Assembly (NCBI GenBank): GCA_937625935.1
Contig: OW569355.1
Span: forward strand, 1 to 64,000
Direction: 5' to 3'
From: Tetramitus jugosus
Taxonomy: Eukaryota; Protista; Heterolobosea
Length of the DNA: 64,000 nt
Part shown: positions 33,813-43,305 of the stretch, in pieces
How positions within the stretch are numbered: the stretch's first letter is position 1
Layout of the letters: each line of letters starts with the position of its first letter
Program-made: the position numbers and the translations under genes
Notes under the pieces: generated by a model
What the model was told of the DNA's origin: nothing
The model's input: only the letters and a program-made list of their open reading frames with translations
Databases searched by the model: none

Positions 33813-34721
33813 TTAGTTAGCGCTCACCGAATGGTCAATGTACTTCCAGTTGAATTCTGGCCAGTGCAGCTTCACTCGGAAATAATCCTGGTTGTGGTGC
33901 AAGTAAATCTCATCGTGAATCAAATGCATCAATTCAGCAATAATCTCATGTAATTGTAGGTCCTTCATCTTGCTAAACTTGGCAGTGACCATCATATAAA
34001 ATGCTATAACCTTATCATTGACCTCCTCTACGATCGTTGGAGCTTCTCTTGCATACAAATTGACATCGTTTCTCTTGATTGCAATGGAAGGAACGCCAGT
34101 CAATCGAACAAGCTCTCGCACTGCCTCCTCAAAGAAATCATAGCACGTAAAACTAGGCAAGTAGTACGACGATTTGTCAGCATTGTACGTGTTCAACACA
34201 TTGAACATGTTATACACTGGGAAAGTTTCATTGGCACCTGCCAACCATTGAATCCACTGATTGTGCACCGTTCCATTCACCTTTGTAATCAATTGCTTGT
34301 AATCATAGTATGTCGAATTAATGGACTCATAGGCAAAAGCATGGCCAAAATTATTCCACTTTAATTCCGTTCCGTTCAGTGCACCATCTTCACTCTCCTG
34401 TTCAGATGATAAAGCAGTTGTTGTAAACTCTGGCACGACTGTCGCAAAAAAATCATTGGCATCGTACTCAACTGTCCACTCATAACCAGTTTCTTGGACG
34501 CGAAAGCCCAGTGCAGTGTGGAACAAGTGAAGCTTACCCAGAATATCACCCAACTTCCATTTCAACAGTGGAGCTTGTAATTGATAGACGAGAATGGTGT
34601 CGTTTGGTTTGGTTCTTGGTATCGTTCGAATGTCCATGGCTGTCCAAGCTTGTACCATCCATATGGCTTGACAAGCAATGAGCGTAGTAAAGAGCAAAAG
34701 TGATGTCGATGATATCTTCAT
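33813..34721 (-). CDS. CLN5: CLN5-like lysosomal protein
   Basis: Signal peptide; LQAPLLKWKLGDILGKLHLFHTALGFR...EWTVEY and SFTCYDF align with the CLN5 His/Cys core. Confidence 0.8.
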   Translation of the reverse strand: MKISSTSLLLFTTLIACQAIWMVQAWTAMDIRTIPRTKPNDTILVYQLQAPLLKWKLGDILGKLHLFHTALGFRVQETGYEWTVEYDANDFFATVVPEFTTTALSSEQESEDGALNGTELKWNNFGHAFAYESINSTYYDYKQLITKVNGTVHNQWIQWLAGANETFPVYNMFNVLNTYNADKSSYYLPSFTCYDFFEEAVRELVRLTGVPSIAIKRNDVNLYAREAPTIVEEVNDKVIAFYMMVTAKFSKMKDLQLHEIIAELMHLIHDEIYLHHNQDYFRVKLHWPEFNWKYIDHSVSAN

Positions 34722-35236
34722 ATTATTATTATTATTGTTACAAGCGCGTGTTCAATGTTTTCTCGGGGTACAGATTGAAAGAGAATTGGCAACAGGGATT
34801 ATGTCTGATCTTGTTCAGTGCTTCTGTTGAACCTTGAGTGGAATAATACTGTGGGGGATTGTTTGTGGGTAGTTGTTGTTAGTGGTTGATTTTTTTTGAA
34901 TCGAATATTTAGTATCAACAAAGAGCAGATCTCCACCAGCAAATAGGTATTTTCCGGTTTCCAAGTTGGAATAGAACTTCCCTTGGGGGAAAATTGTTTT
35001 CTTTGATGCAATTGGATGACAAGTGCGCAGGGAGGACGAATTCCTTTCAAAATCTTAAAAGTGAGCGCTTCGAAAAACGGTAAATGGTCCTTACGCGCCA
35101 TTTCGCGTTGGTTGGGTATGTCCTTGACTTTAATCATACAATGCTTTGTCTGTCATCTTGAATGTCCTCACTTGCGTGAGAGAAGATATGTCATTGAGCT
35201 TCCGAGGAGTGATAAGCACAACACCTAACAATACAC

Positions 35237-35983
35237 CTAATTATTCTTCTTCTTTTCATCATTATCATCATCAATCTCAGTTGTTGATTGATTCATGAGT
35301 TGCATCAATTTGGCTGCATCCTTATCAATCTGTTCTTGCAACAACACTGTAGATGATGATGATGATGACGATTGATCTACCTTGCTGTTGTTATTGTTAT
35401 TGTGACTCTTATTGAATGACACTGGTGGTGCAAATACTTGTTGTCTCATGAGAAAAATTTCTCGCGTCGCTCTCACCATTCCTCTCATTCGATTGCTGTT
35501 ATTATTATTATTATTGTTGTTGTTATTATTATGATTGATGACATCATAGACACTCTGTCCATTGTCATTCAAAGTTTCAGGATCCATTCCATACTGATCC
35601 ACCAACAATAAGCTCACAGCTTCCAATTCACTGTGTTGCACTGTCCAATGAAGCACAGTATTTCCACTATTATTATTATTATGATGAGTATTATTATTGT
35701 TGTTGTTGTTATTGTATTTGTTATTGGATGATTCGTTCATGGAGGTGCGATAAGACAAGAGTTGTTCATGTCTTTCGGAGTGAATTGGAAATTGTTCCTT
35801 GAGGATTTTGGTGACTTGTGATGCTATGGATGATGATGTTGCAGTGTTGTTGCTTGCTTCTTGTGATGTGGTAGTGATGAGGGTGATGAGAGAGGGAACG
35901 GATATGAGATTTGTATTGTTGTTGTTGTTATTGTTGTTGTTGTTATTGTGATTGGTTTGACTTGCTAGACTCGTGGATAACAT
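35237..35983 (-). CDS. Asn-rich protein with an ankyrin-like repeat
   Basis: GNTVLHWTV...NDNGQSVYD flanked by poly-N tracts. Confidence 0.6.
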   Translation of the reverse strand: MLSTSLASQTNHNNNNNNNNNNNTNLISVPSLITLITTTSQEASNNTATSSSIASQVTKILKEQFPIHSERHEQLLSYRTSMNESSNNKYNNNNNNNNTHHNNNNSGNTVLHWTVQHSELEAVSLLLVDQYGMDPETLNDNGQSVYDVINHNNNNNNNNNNNSNRMRGMVRATREIFLMRQQVFAPPVSFNKSHNNNNNSKVDQSSSSSSSTVLLQEQIDKDAAKLMQLMNQSTTEIDDDNDEKKKNN

Positions 35984-36121
35984 TGCCTCTATTTTGTTTT
36001 GTATGCTTTTCTTTTTCACTTCAGCTTTGGATGTCGCAGCTTTTCTTCAGAGGGTCAATACAATAGGTGACACGATAAAACAGACCAAGTTCATATCAGT
36101 ATACCGCCTCATTAACGTAAT

Positions 36122-36598
36122 TTATTCAGGCTTGACAGCAATAGCTTCAATTTCAAACTTTGCATTCTTTGGCAATGTCTTGCAAGCATAGCATGCACGA
36201 GCAGGCTTTGTCTCACCAAAAAAGTTGGCATAAATTTCATTGACCACAGCAAAATCACCCATATCGGCCAACAAGACTGTCGTCTTGACAACATTTTCAA
36301 CACTAGTGCCCGAAGCTTCCAAAACATTCTTCATATTGTCCAAAGCAACCTTGGCTTGAGCACCAGTGTCTTCACTTGGAAAGTTGTTGGTAGCTGGGTC
36401 GATACCTAGGCATCCACTGATCCAGACTTGACCATTGCACTCGACAGATTGGCTGTATGGGCCAATGGCCTTTGGTGCCTTGTCAGTGTGGTGATACTTG
36501 ATGTTGGCATTCTTCTTGACTGTTGTAGCATAGAAGCGTGCTTGTGTTTGTTGTTGTGGGATGAGTGATCTGGATCTGGAGATGACTGTTCTGAACAT
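36122..36598 (-). CDS. RIDA: RidA/YjgF/UK114 enamine deaminase with mitochondrial-type presequence
   Basis: APKAIGPYSQ, VVKTTVLLADM, PARAC, LPKNAKFEIEAIA; Arg/Ser-rich N-terminus. Confidence 0.92.
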   Translation of the reverse strand: MFRTVISRSRSLIPQQQTQARFYATTVKKNANIKYHHTDKAPKAIGPYSQSVECNGQVWISGCLGIDPATNNFPSEDTGAQAKVALDNMKNVLEASGTSVENVVKTTVLLADMGDFAVVNEIYANFFGETKPARACYACKTLPKNAKFEIEAIAVKPE

Positions 36599-36723
36599 GA
36601 TGACTATGTGTGTTGTTCTTGTTGTGATTTGATTGTTTGGGCGGCCTCGTTGTTTTTGATTGGGGGAGATCCGAATGGTGTTGAAAAAATTATCGCGATC
36701 ATGTTGTAATCTCGTTGCCCCGC

Positions 36724-36732
36724 TTTGGCGCC
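36724..36732 (+). promoter_or_regulatory. E2F-consensus-like site TTTGGCGCC upstream of CDC45
   Basis: Matches TTTSSCGC about 100 bp before the CDC45 ATG. Confidence 0.4.
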
Positions 36733-36827
36733 TTTTTGGAACGTTAACAACTTTGAAAAGAGAAAAATAAGAGAGGTTCAAACATACTTTTTTATCGTTC
36801 ACAAATTTCAATCTTGTTTCAACAACA

Positions 36828-38960
36828 ATGGCCAGCAGTGTTAATAGTACGGCCGGTCCTCGCTTTGGTGTGTTGAACGAGCAAGAATTTGCAGCCAAGT
36901 TTCAAACTTTTAAATCAGATGCTGCTCTCTATTCCTCTAGAATTCTCATTTTCATTGCCAATGACGTTGATGCACTGTGTTCACAAAGAATGCTTACAAT
37001 GGCATTGCTGGAAGAAGGACTTCCGCACCAAGTCGTTGCTGTTTCAAGCTATCAGCAGTTGAAAGCTTGTTGTGAGACTCAAGTGAAGGGTCAACTTGAC
37101 ATTCGTCACATTATCATGATTAACTGTGGAGGATCCATTGACTTGAGATCTGAAATTTTTTCAAATGATATGCTCGCTCCTTGTCAATCTGTCTATGTCG
37201 TTGATTATACGCGACCTCTTCACTTGAACAATGTGTTTGATTGGCCAAAGCCCGAAGATTATCAACCTTGCAATCCTGCGACTCGAGCTCAGATTTTTGT
37301 TTTGGCTCCTAGTGCAGATGCCAGTTCACTGGATCACATGAAAAAGGTGAATCAGTCCGTGTGGCTCAACAGAACAGAAGACTTTAGAAATGAAGTGCTG
37401 TATCAAGTATCCAACACTTTGCTAGACGACGGTGACAATGGTGATGATGGAGACTATGACCTGGATCAGAATTTTGCAGATATGGATGATGATGAATTGG
37501 CTGATTTCATTGTGCCTGATGATGAGGGTGTCAAGGGCGAAGATGACGATGGAGATTTCATGGACGATGATGATGAGGAAATGGATTTTGATGACGATGA
37601 ACGATTGCCTGTTGTTCGTTTGCGCGTCAGAAACCGTGATGCGTATTCCAAGTCTGAGTATGAAGATCTAATGGAGATTATGAGGTACTACACGATTAAT
37701 TCCTACGGTACACCAAGCAGTGTTGTTTTGTATGAGTATTTATCAGCAACGAGTGCTCGTCAACTGTTGTCTGATAGCAACAAGTTGTCTCACAACAATG
37801 CTCTCTGGGCGCTCATTATTGGATTTACAAGTCAATTCATGAGCAAGAGGTTAACATTGAAACAATACAATGATCTCATCGACAAGTATGTGACTATAGT
37901 GATGGCGAACAATAATCACTACAGATCTGCTGTCCAGACAACATCTGGTAATGTGACAGAAACTACATCTGAAGTCAGAATTACCTATACACCTGATGAT
38001 TATGTGTTTGCATTGTACAGACACTGGAATCTGTACTCTGCGATGTTGAATTCACCACATTTGTATGTTCACTACAACGACTGGAAGACAGATGTTGAAC
38101 GTGTCGCCTTGTTCCTTGCGAAAATAGGTGTTCCACTTGTTGACTGCAAACATCTCTATGTAGCCATGAGATATGATCTGAAAGAAACATTTAAGGTTGG
38201 TGTGAAGAACAACGCGTCTGTACTCACAAGAGAGCCTTTGCAACAAAGAACCTTTATTCGTTATTATGGAACAGATTTTGAGGCGAGTGCTTTTGATATG
38301 GTGTACATTCTGAAATGTTTGATGAATAATCCTGTCACACCAACTCAAAGAATCGAGAATGTAGTTGATGCCAGCATCTGGGGAGCCAATTGGCACATTG
38401 CAGAAGAAGCATTGAATGGTAATGTTAAAGTGTTACATCAGGGCGTTAGAACTGCTATTGCTGCCCAAAGAAAGATTGTTCAGCAAGTCAAACACATTAT
38501 CTCATCCCAGAGTTTGAGACAGGATGATATGGCCATGAGTGTGAACATTGGTAAATCTTTATCTCTGGATACAGGTTTCTATATTTCAGATGGTGCAACA
38601 GACAACAATTCAGGTAATCCCAACGATTCCTCCTACATGTTTGTATTGACACCGATGGGTATTCAGGAGTTGGCCGAATTGCTCATGTCTGTCCTAGAAA
38701 AGATGCAATCTTACAAGAAGCCTCTGATTATATTCGCTCCGAGTGGTCCACACAAGGAGATTATCTATGCCATGAACAACAATCGTCAAAACAAGTCTCC
38801 ATTTGCCTACGCATTCAGGAAGGCCGCTTTATCTGTTGGTACTCCTATCCTCCCTGTTGGCTTTGCTCAGGGCATGGTAGAGGTCAATTCAATCGATAAA
38901 CTGAATATGATGAGTGGCCTGATGCACGAATTTCAGCTCGTTGGAACTCACGGTCAATAG
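36828..38960 (+). CDS. CDC45: CDC45 replicative helicase component (divergent)
   Basis: DVDALC, INCGGSIDL, VVDYTRPLHLNNV, acidic insertion, LYRHWNLYSAM, ASAFDMVY. Confidence 0.85.
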   Translation: MASSVNSTAGPRFGVLNEQEFAAKFQTFKSDAALYSSRILIFIANDVDALCSQRMLTMALLEEGLPHQVVAVSSYQQLKACCETQVKGQLDIRHIIMINCGGSIDLRSEIFSNDMLAPCQSVYVVDYTRPLHLNNVFDWPKPEDYQPCNPATRAQIFVLAPSADASSLDHMKKVNQSVWLNRTEDFRNEVLYQVSNTLLDDGDNGDDGDYDLDQNFADMDDDELADFIVPDDEGVKGEDDDGDFMDDDDEEMDFDDDERLPVVRLRVRNRDAYSKSEYEDLMEIMRYYTINSYGTPSSVVLYEYLSATSARQLLSDSNKLSHNNALWALIIGFTSQFMSKRLTLKQYNDLIDKYVTIVMANNNHYRSAVQTTSGNVTETTSEVRITYTPDDYVFALYRHWNLYSAMLNSPHLYVHYNDWKTDVERVALFLAKIGVPLVDCKHLYVAMRYDLKETFKVGVKNNASVLTREPLQQRTFIRYYGTDFEASAFDMVYILKCLMNNPVTPTQRIENVVDASIWGANWHIAEEALNGNVKVLHQGVRTAIAAQRKIVQQVKHIISSQSLRQDDMAMSVNIGKSLSLDTGFYISDGATDNNSGNPNDSSYMFVLTPMGIQELAELLMSVLEKMQSYKKPLIIFAPSGPHKEIIYAMNNNRQNKSPFAYAFRKAALSVGTPILPVGFAQGMVEVNSIDKLNMMSGLMHEFQLVGTHGQ

Positions 38961-39373
38961 GATTGAACACGTGATAATGTTTCAGTAAACTTGCCCAAAC
39001 GAGTCAAACCACACCAAAGTCTCATTTCTGTTGGGATATTGTGAATTCCGGTGCCAGATGCGGTGGTGTGTCTCTCTGAGAGTCCAGACTTGTTGTTAAT
39101 CGAAGATTCATGTGAAAAATCACACGCCCGTGTGAGAAGTTCTTCCTTCCCATAAATCCGGCGGACTTTATCTATTCCTGTTCCTCAAATAATCCCTCAC
39201 TATTTTTATTTCCGTAGTGCATCCATTTTTCCTGCTGTTTCACATCGAGTGGAAGAGCTCTCTTCCTTTAGAAGCAGATTCTGCAAATTCCAGACTCACA
39301 GACCAAAGAAACAAACACACAAATACCACTCATAGCTCTCGCTATCCATCACACAAAGAACAATCCCAGAACC

Positions 39374-40510
39374 ATGTTCTTCTCACATCAATTCGGCTCC
39401 ACTGGTGCCTCTAACCCTCAAATTGTCTTTCTCAGTTCTCTGACGTCGCCCACTGACCTCTCTCGGAGTTCTTCTTCGAGCAGCAGTGCAGCTCATCATG
39501 GTCACAGCCACCATCATCATTATCACCATTATCTCCACAGTCCTCAAATGATGCCACTCGGTGTAAACACTCGTTCCTCGGATCCTCTGGCGGACATTGA
39601 GTCGCAAATTCTGCGACACCTCTATTTGCAGCACAATGCTTTGTCTACGACGACTGCTGGGTGGAACGAAGATGGTTATGACCCAAGGTCCGCAGCCGCG
39701 GCGTATCTCGCTCATCGGAATTTGACCAGACAAAATCCGCGCAACGTACGGCGGACAAAAGATCATTCGACCTCGCGGAAAATGGTGTCTCAATTACCCA
39801 TTTTCCTATGTGACTCCAATGATCCGTATCAACATCGATTTGGAGATGCGAAGAAGGAGTGCGCCGTCTGTTTGAGTGAGTCAGAGGACGGAGAAACACT
39901 AGTGTTGCTCCCCTGTCAACACTACTTCCATCCTGATTGTATCAAACCATGGTTGAAGGATCATAATAGCTGCCCAACGTGTCGTTTCGAGCTTCCAATG
40001 GCCGATGAAGAACAGGAAGAAGAAAGAGCTGTTCGAATGAACGACCAGTACGGAAGAAAAGCTCTAAAACTGATGTCAGTGTCAAGTGAGATTCAATACC
40101 TGTACAGTGAACTTCAAAAATGGAGTCTGTCTTCCAAGAGATCATTCCCTACAAACTCTCCAACGGGATCATCCAAACTAAAATCTTCTTCGGCTTCGAA
40201 CAGAATTGAAGAACTGCCCAAACGAAGCAACAAAATCATCTCTCTACTGAACGCTAGAGAGAAGAAGCTTCAACAACTGGGACAAAGTTTAATGAAGATT
40301 AAGATACCGGCTCCCACATCCGCCGAAACTGCATCGTCATCGAGTGCGGGAAACAACCAACATGAAGAAAAGGTTTATGCGTGGGATAACCACAGATTAC
40401 GTCAATTGAGAGATCAGTGCTCTGAGCGCATTCAGATGATTCAAGGAATGATTGATTCACTGAGAGAAGCGCAATTATCATCGAAGAAACATTGCTGCAC
40501 AATATGTTAA
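39374..40510 (+). CDS. RING-H2 E3 ubiquitin ligase
   Basis: CAVC...LPCQHYFHPDCIKPWLKDHNSCPTCR. Confidence 0.9.
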   Translation: MFFSHQFGSTGASNPQIVFLSSLTSPTDLSRSSSSSSSAAHHGHSHHHHYHHYLHSPQMMPLGVNTRSSDPLADIESQILRHLYLQHNALSTTTAGWNEDGYDPRSAAAAYLAHRNLTRQNPRNVRRTKDHSTSRKMVSQLPIFLCDSNDPYQHRFGDAKKECAVCLSESEDGETLVLLPCQHYFHPDCIKPWLKDHNSCPTCRFELPMADEEQEEERAVRMNDQYGRKALKLMSVSSEIQYLYSELQKWSLSSKRSFPTNSPTGSSKLKSSSASNRIEELPKRSNKIISLLNAREKKLQQLGQSLMKIKIPAPTSAETASSSSAGNNQHEEKVYAWDNHRLRQLRDQCSERIQMIQGMIDSLREAQLSSKKHCCTIC

Positions 40511-40657
40511 TTGTTTCCCAAGAGAAGTAAATTTTTGAAATCGTATTTATTTATCAACCAACAAATAGTTTGTTCTTTTATTCGAAGAATTAAATAGTTG
40601 TCAGATCCTATCTGAGCACTAAACCATGATTTGTCAGGAATTGAAAATAAATATTTC

Positions 40658-41524
40658 TTAGTTCATCTTGATTACACCTGTCATGACAGTCTGCTTTCCG
40701 AACAACTCAATTGTCAGACGAGACAAGAACAGTGGAATGGAATGATAATTGTTCAGTGATTCGAGCAGATGAGGCTCAATGGCCGACGTATAATCACTCT
40801 CTAGCATTTGAATTCCATCTCCGCTGTTGGAAAAGATGAGATAGTCATCTGGTTTTTCAGCGTATTGACTCCGAATACGGAACGTATCATCCTGCACATC
40901 CACTCTAAACCCAAACAATTTGTAGATACCAGCTCTAAACTTGCTAATTTGTTGCTGGAATGCTTCTTTTAACCGTTGATTCATTTTCTCTGCTCTCTCA
41001 TACTTTTCCTTTAGCTCCAGTGAATCAATGTTGCATGATTCGTTTGCGGCAAGCTCCAATTTTTCAATTCGATCCTTCAGTATGATATTTTCAGCTCTCA
41101 GTACATCGAGTTCATTTGTGCTATGTTTGGCCCGTGCAATTGTCTCTGGATTGATTGTCAGGTGTAAAATCTTGAAATTTTTAGCTTCTTCTTTGGCTTG
41201 TTTCTCTTCTTCTGTTTCCTCTGCTGTCACCTCTATCGTCGTTGACGATTCTTCTGTTCTTGCTCTCTTGTTACTGCTATTCTGTTGGTCCAGACTTGAA
41301 TCTTGTTGCCTGGGCGGCCAAACTGTAGTGTGATTTTTTCTCGTTCCTCTCTTGTGCAATTGCGAAAAGCAATTTTCGCACAACTCATCCCTGCACTGTT
41401 CACAATAGAGTGAGGCAGTGTGATGGGAGCATTCCACACACATTGACGGATGCATATTTTGCTGCTCATTGGTATTCAGCAGTGAAGAAGGTTCTTCCAA
41501 TTGTGAGAGAGGACGCTTGGACAT
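40658..41524 (-). CDS. MAD1: B-box fused to the MAD1 C-terminal region (Mad2-binding motif, RLK motif, RWD-like head)
   Basis: CVEC..CEQC..CENC..H..H B-box; KILHLTINP, RLKEAF, FRAGIYKLFGFRVD, SIPLFLSRLTIELF. Confidence 0.8.
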   Translation of the reverse strand: MSKRPLSQLEEPSSLLNTNEQQNMHPSMCVECSHHTASLYCEQCRDELCENCFSQLHKRGTRKNHTTVWPPRQQDSSLDQQNSSNKRARTEESSTTIEVTAEETEEEKQAKEEAKNFKILHLTINPETIARAKHSTNELDVLRAENIILKDRIEKLELAANESCNIDSLELKEKYERAEKMNQRLKEAFQQQISKFRAGIYKLFGFRVDVQDDTFRIRSQYAEKPDDYLIFSNSGDGIQMLESDYTSAIEPHLLESLNNYHSIPLFLSRLTIELFGKQTVMTGVIKMN

Positions 41525-41657
41525 GGTCTTTCTTGAAAATCTCTAGAGTTTCTATTGGGTGGAGGACCAAATAAATAGTATCAGAGGTTGTTGGTTGGTT
41601 CCACTCGTCGACATCCAAGGATTCTTCCAATTGTGGCGATAATTTTCTTGAAGTCAC

Positions 41658-41669
41658 TTTGGCGCCAAA
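41658..41669. promoter_or_regulatory. Palindromic E2F-like site TTTGGCGCCAAA upstream of the B-box/MAD1-C ORF
   Basis: Perfect 12-bp palindrome ~135 bp upstream of ATG 41524. Confidence 0.45.
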
Positions 41670-41784
41670 AAAAGAGAGGGAAAAAGTTGGCGTACGGAAA
41701 ATATACAGTCATGGATAATAAATTTATTGGGGTCAGTAGTTATTCAACTGTTGTTCATTCTGTGTGATCGAAACATTCTTGTCA

Positions 41785-43305
41785 CTACTGTTCTTGGTCA
41801 ATCTGGTTCTCTTGTTCGTAAGAAGCGAGGATTCTGCTCTTGCTCTCGTTTTCCTTTTGAAGGGCATAACATCGTACATCCAACTCATGCAATTTCTTTT
41901 TCAAGTCTGTCACTTCGGCTTCCCTGGATTCCAGCTCGGATTTCAAATGTGTCCGAGACCGTTCGTGGTGGGTCGTAGCAAACTTTAGTTCTTCAGTCAA
42001 TTGGTCAATCTTCGCGTTCGAAATGTTTAGTTGTGAGCTTAGAGACTTGATTCTAACAGATATCTCTTCTGCTGTACTGTCACCGAATGCGGTCTTCCAA
42101 AGTGACAGCTCTTGTTCTAGCTTGTTGTAATTGCTCCGTTGTAGAATAAAGTTTGCTTCGACAGCTCGTAACTTGGCGACTTCATTGGTGAGGTCTTTGA
42201 TTCTTTCATCCAATTTGAACTTGTTGCCCAGTCTGTCTTTCAATTCAATATTCTCACGCATCAGCGTTCTTTTTTCTTGCTCCAGTTGATCGATACGCAA
42301 AACCTCCTTTTGCAAATATTCAAATTCTGCTTTCAACTTGGAATCAATGGCTGCACTTTCAGTTTTGGTACCACTCTTGATTTGTTCGAGTTCATTTTTC
42401 AACGCTTCAATCTGAATCGTTTGTTCCTTTTCCTTGTCTTTCATAGTGCTCACAGCTTGATTCAAATCACGCACAATCGAATCTTTGACTCTCATCTCTG
42501 ATCGAAGCTTATCAAATTGCATATTTTGATCGGCTAAAGAACGTTCTAATCGACTCACCCTCTCCTTGTATTCATCCAACTGTTTGTCCAGTGATATTTG
42601 AATCTCAATACTCTCATTCAATCGAATATTGGAAGAATTGAGCAAAAATGATGCGTCATTCACTCTCTCATTATCATTCTCTTCATTCACCTCGAGGTGT
42701 ACATCTTCCATATGACTCATGCTCTGTTGTTTTTGTTGTTTTTCTCTGATCTCTGCCAACTTTTGACTCAATTTCTCATACTTTACTCTCCATTCCTCAT
42801 TCTTTTGTCTTTCCAAATCATACTTGATTTGAAATTCTTGTGTCAATGCTCTCTCACGCTGCAAATTCAATTGCAAATGATCACTCTGACGTCTAATGCG
42901 GTACACTTGTTCATCCTTTGCCTCTAGATACTCTATTGTCTTGATCTCTGATAATTTTCTTTTTTTGCCAGAGTGCAGCAACAATCGTTCTTCATTCGTG
43001 TCATTTCCATTCTCATTTTCTTCATCATCACGATCACCATCAAACAGAGTCAAGTGATGGTGACGAGTGGGTCGATCATATCGTTCTTCAAAATCCTTGT
43101 GTTCTTCTTGTTGATCGTCGTCATCATCTTCATCTTCATCTTCTTCCTCATCACTTGTTGTTTCTTCATCGTCATTGTCGTCAATCAGGTTTCCATCTTG
43201 TTCAATGTCAGAATCCGTTTGTTCTTCACTGTTGTTGTCGTTGTCATCGTCACTGGATGTCATGACCATGTGCAATGGCTCATTGTCATCATCATTGAAG
43301 CTCAT
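41785..43305 (-). CDS. Long coiled-coil protein, probable MAD1 N-terminal/central part
   Basis: Acidic N-terminus, KKRK NLS, extended heptads, LEQELSLW and ALQKENESKSRILASYEQE resembling Mad1; adjacent to the MAD1-C ORF on the same strand. Confidence 0.6.
   Translation of the reverse strand: MSFNDDDNEPLHMVMTSSDDDNDNNSEEQTDSDIEQDGNLIDDNDDEETTSDEEEDEDEDDDDDQQEEHKDFEERYDRPTRHHHLTLFDGDRDDEENENGNDTNEERLLLHSGKKRKLSEIKTIEYLEAKDEQVYRIRRQSDHLQLNLQRERALTQEFQIKYDLERQKNEEWRVKYEKLSQKLAEIREKQQKQQSMSHMEDVHLEVNEENDNERVNDASFLLNSSNIRLNESIEIQISLDKQLDEYKERVSRLERSLADQNMQFDKLRSEMRVKDSIVRDLNQAVSTMKDKEKEQTIQIEALKNELEQIKSGTKTESAAIDSKLKAEFEYLQKEVLRIDQLEQEKRTLMRENIELKDRLGNKFKLDERIKDLTNEVAKLRAVEANFILQRSNYNKLEQELSLWKTAFGDSTAEEISVRIKSLSSQLNISNAKIDQLTEELKFATTHHERSRTHLKSELESREAEVTDLKKKLHELDVRCYALQKENESKSRILASYEQENQIDQEQ

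Noticed and set aside
35380-35950. AAT/AAC microsatellites as a separate repeat feature
   Set aside because: They encode poly-Asn tracts inside a CDS, which is common in AT-rich amoebae.
36599-36898. N-terminal extensions in the ORF track (RidA, also AKR 9520, Hint 24517, LTV1 29528)
   Set aside because: They arise from alternative or upstream starts or intron read-through; family N-termini and splice sites give the starts used above.
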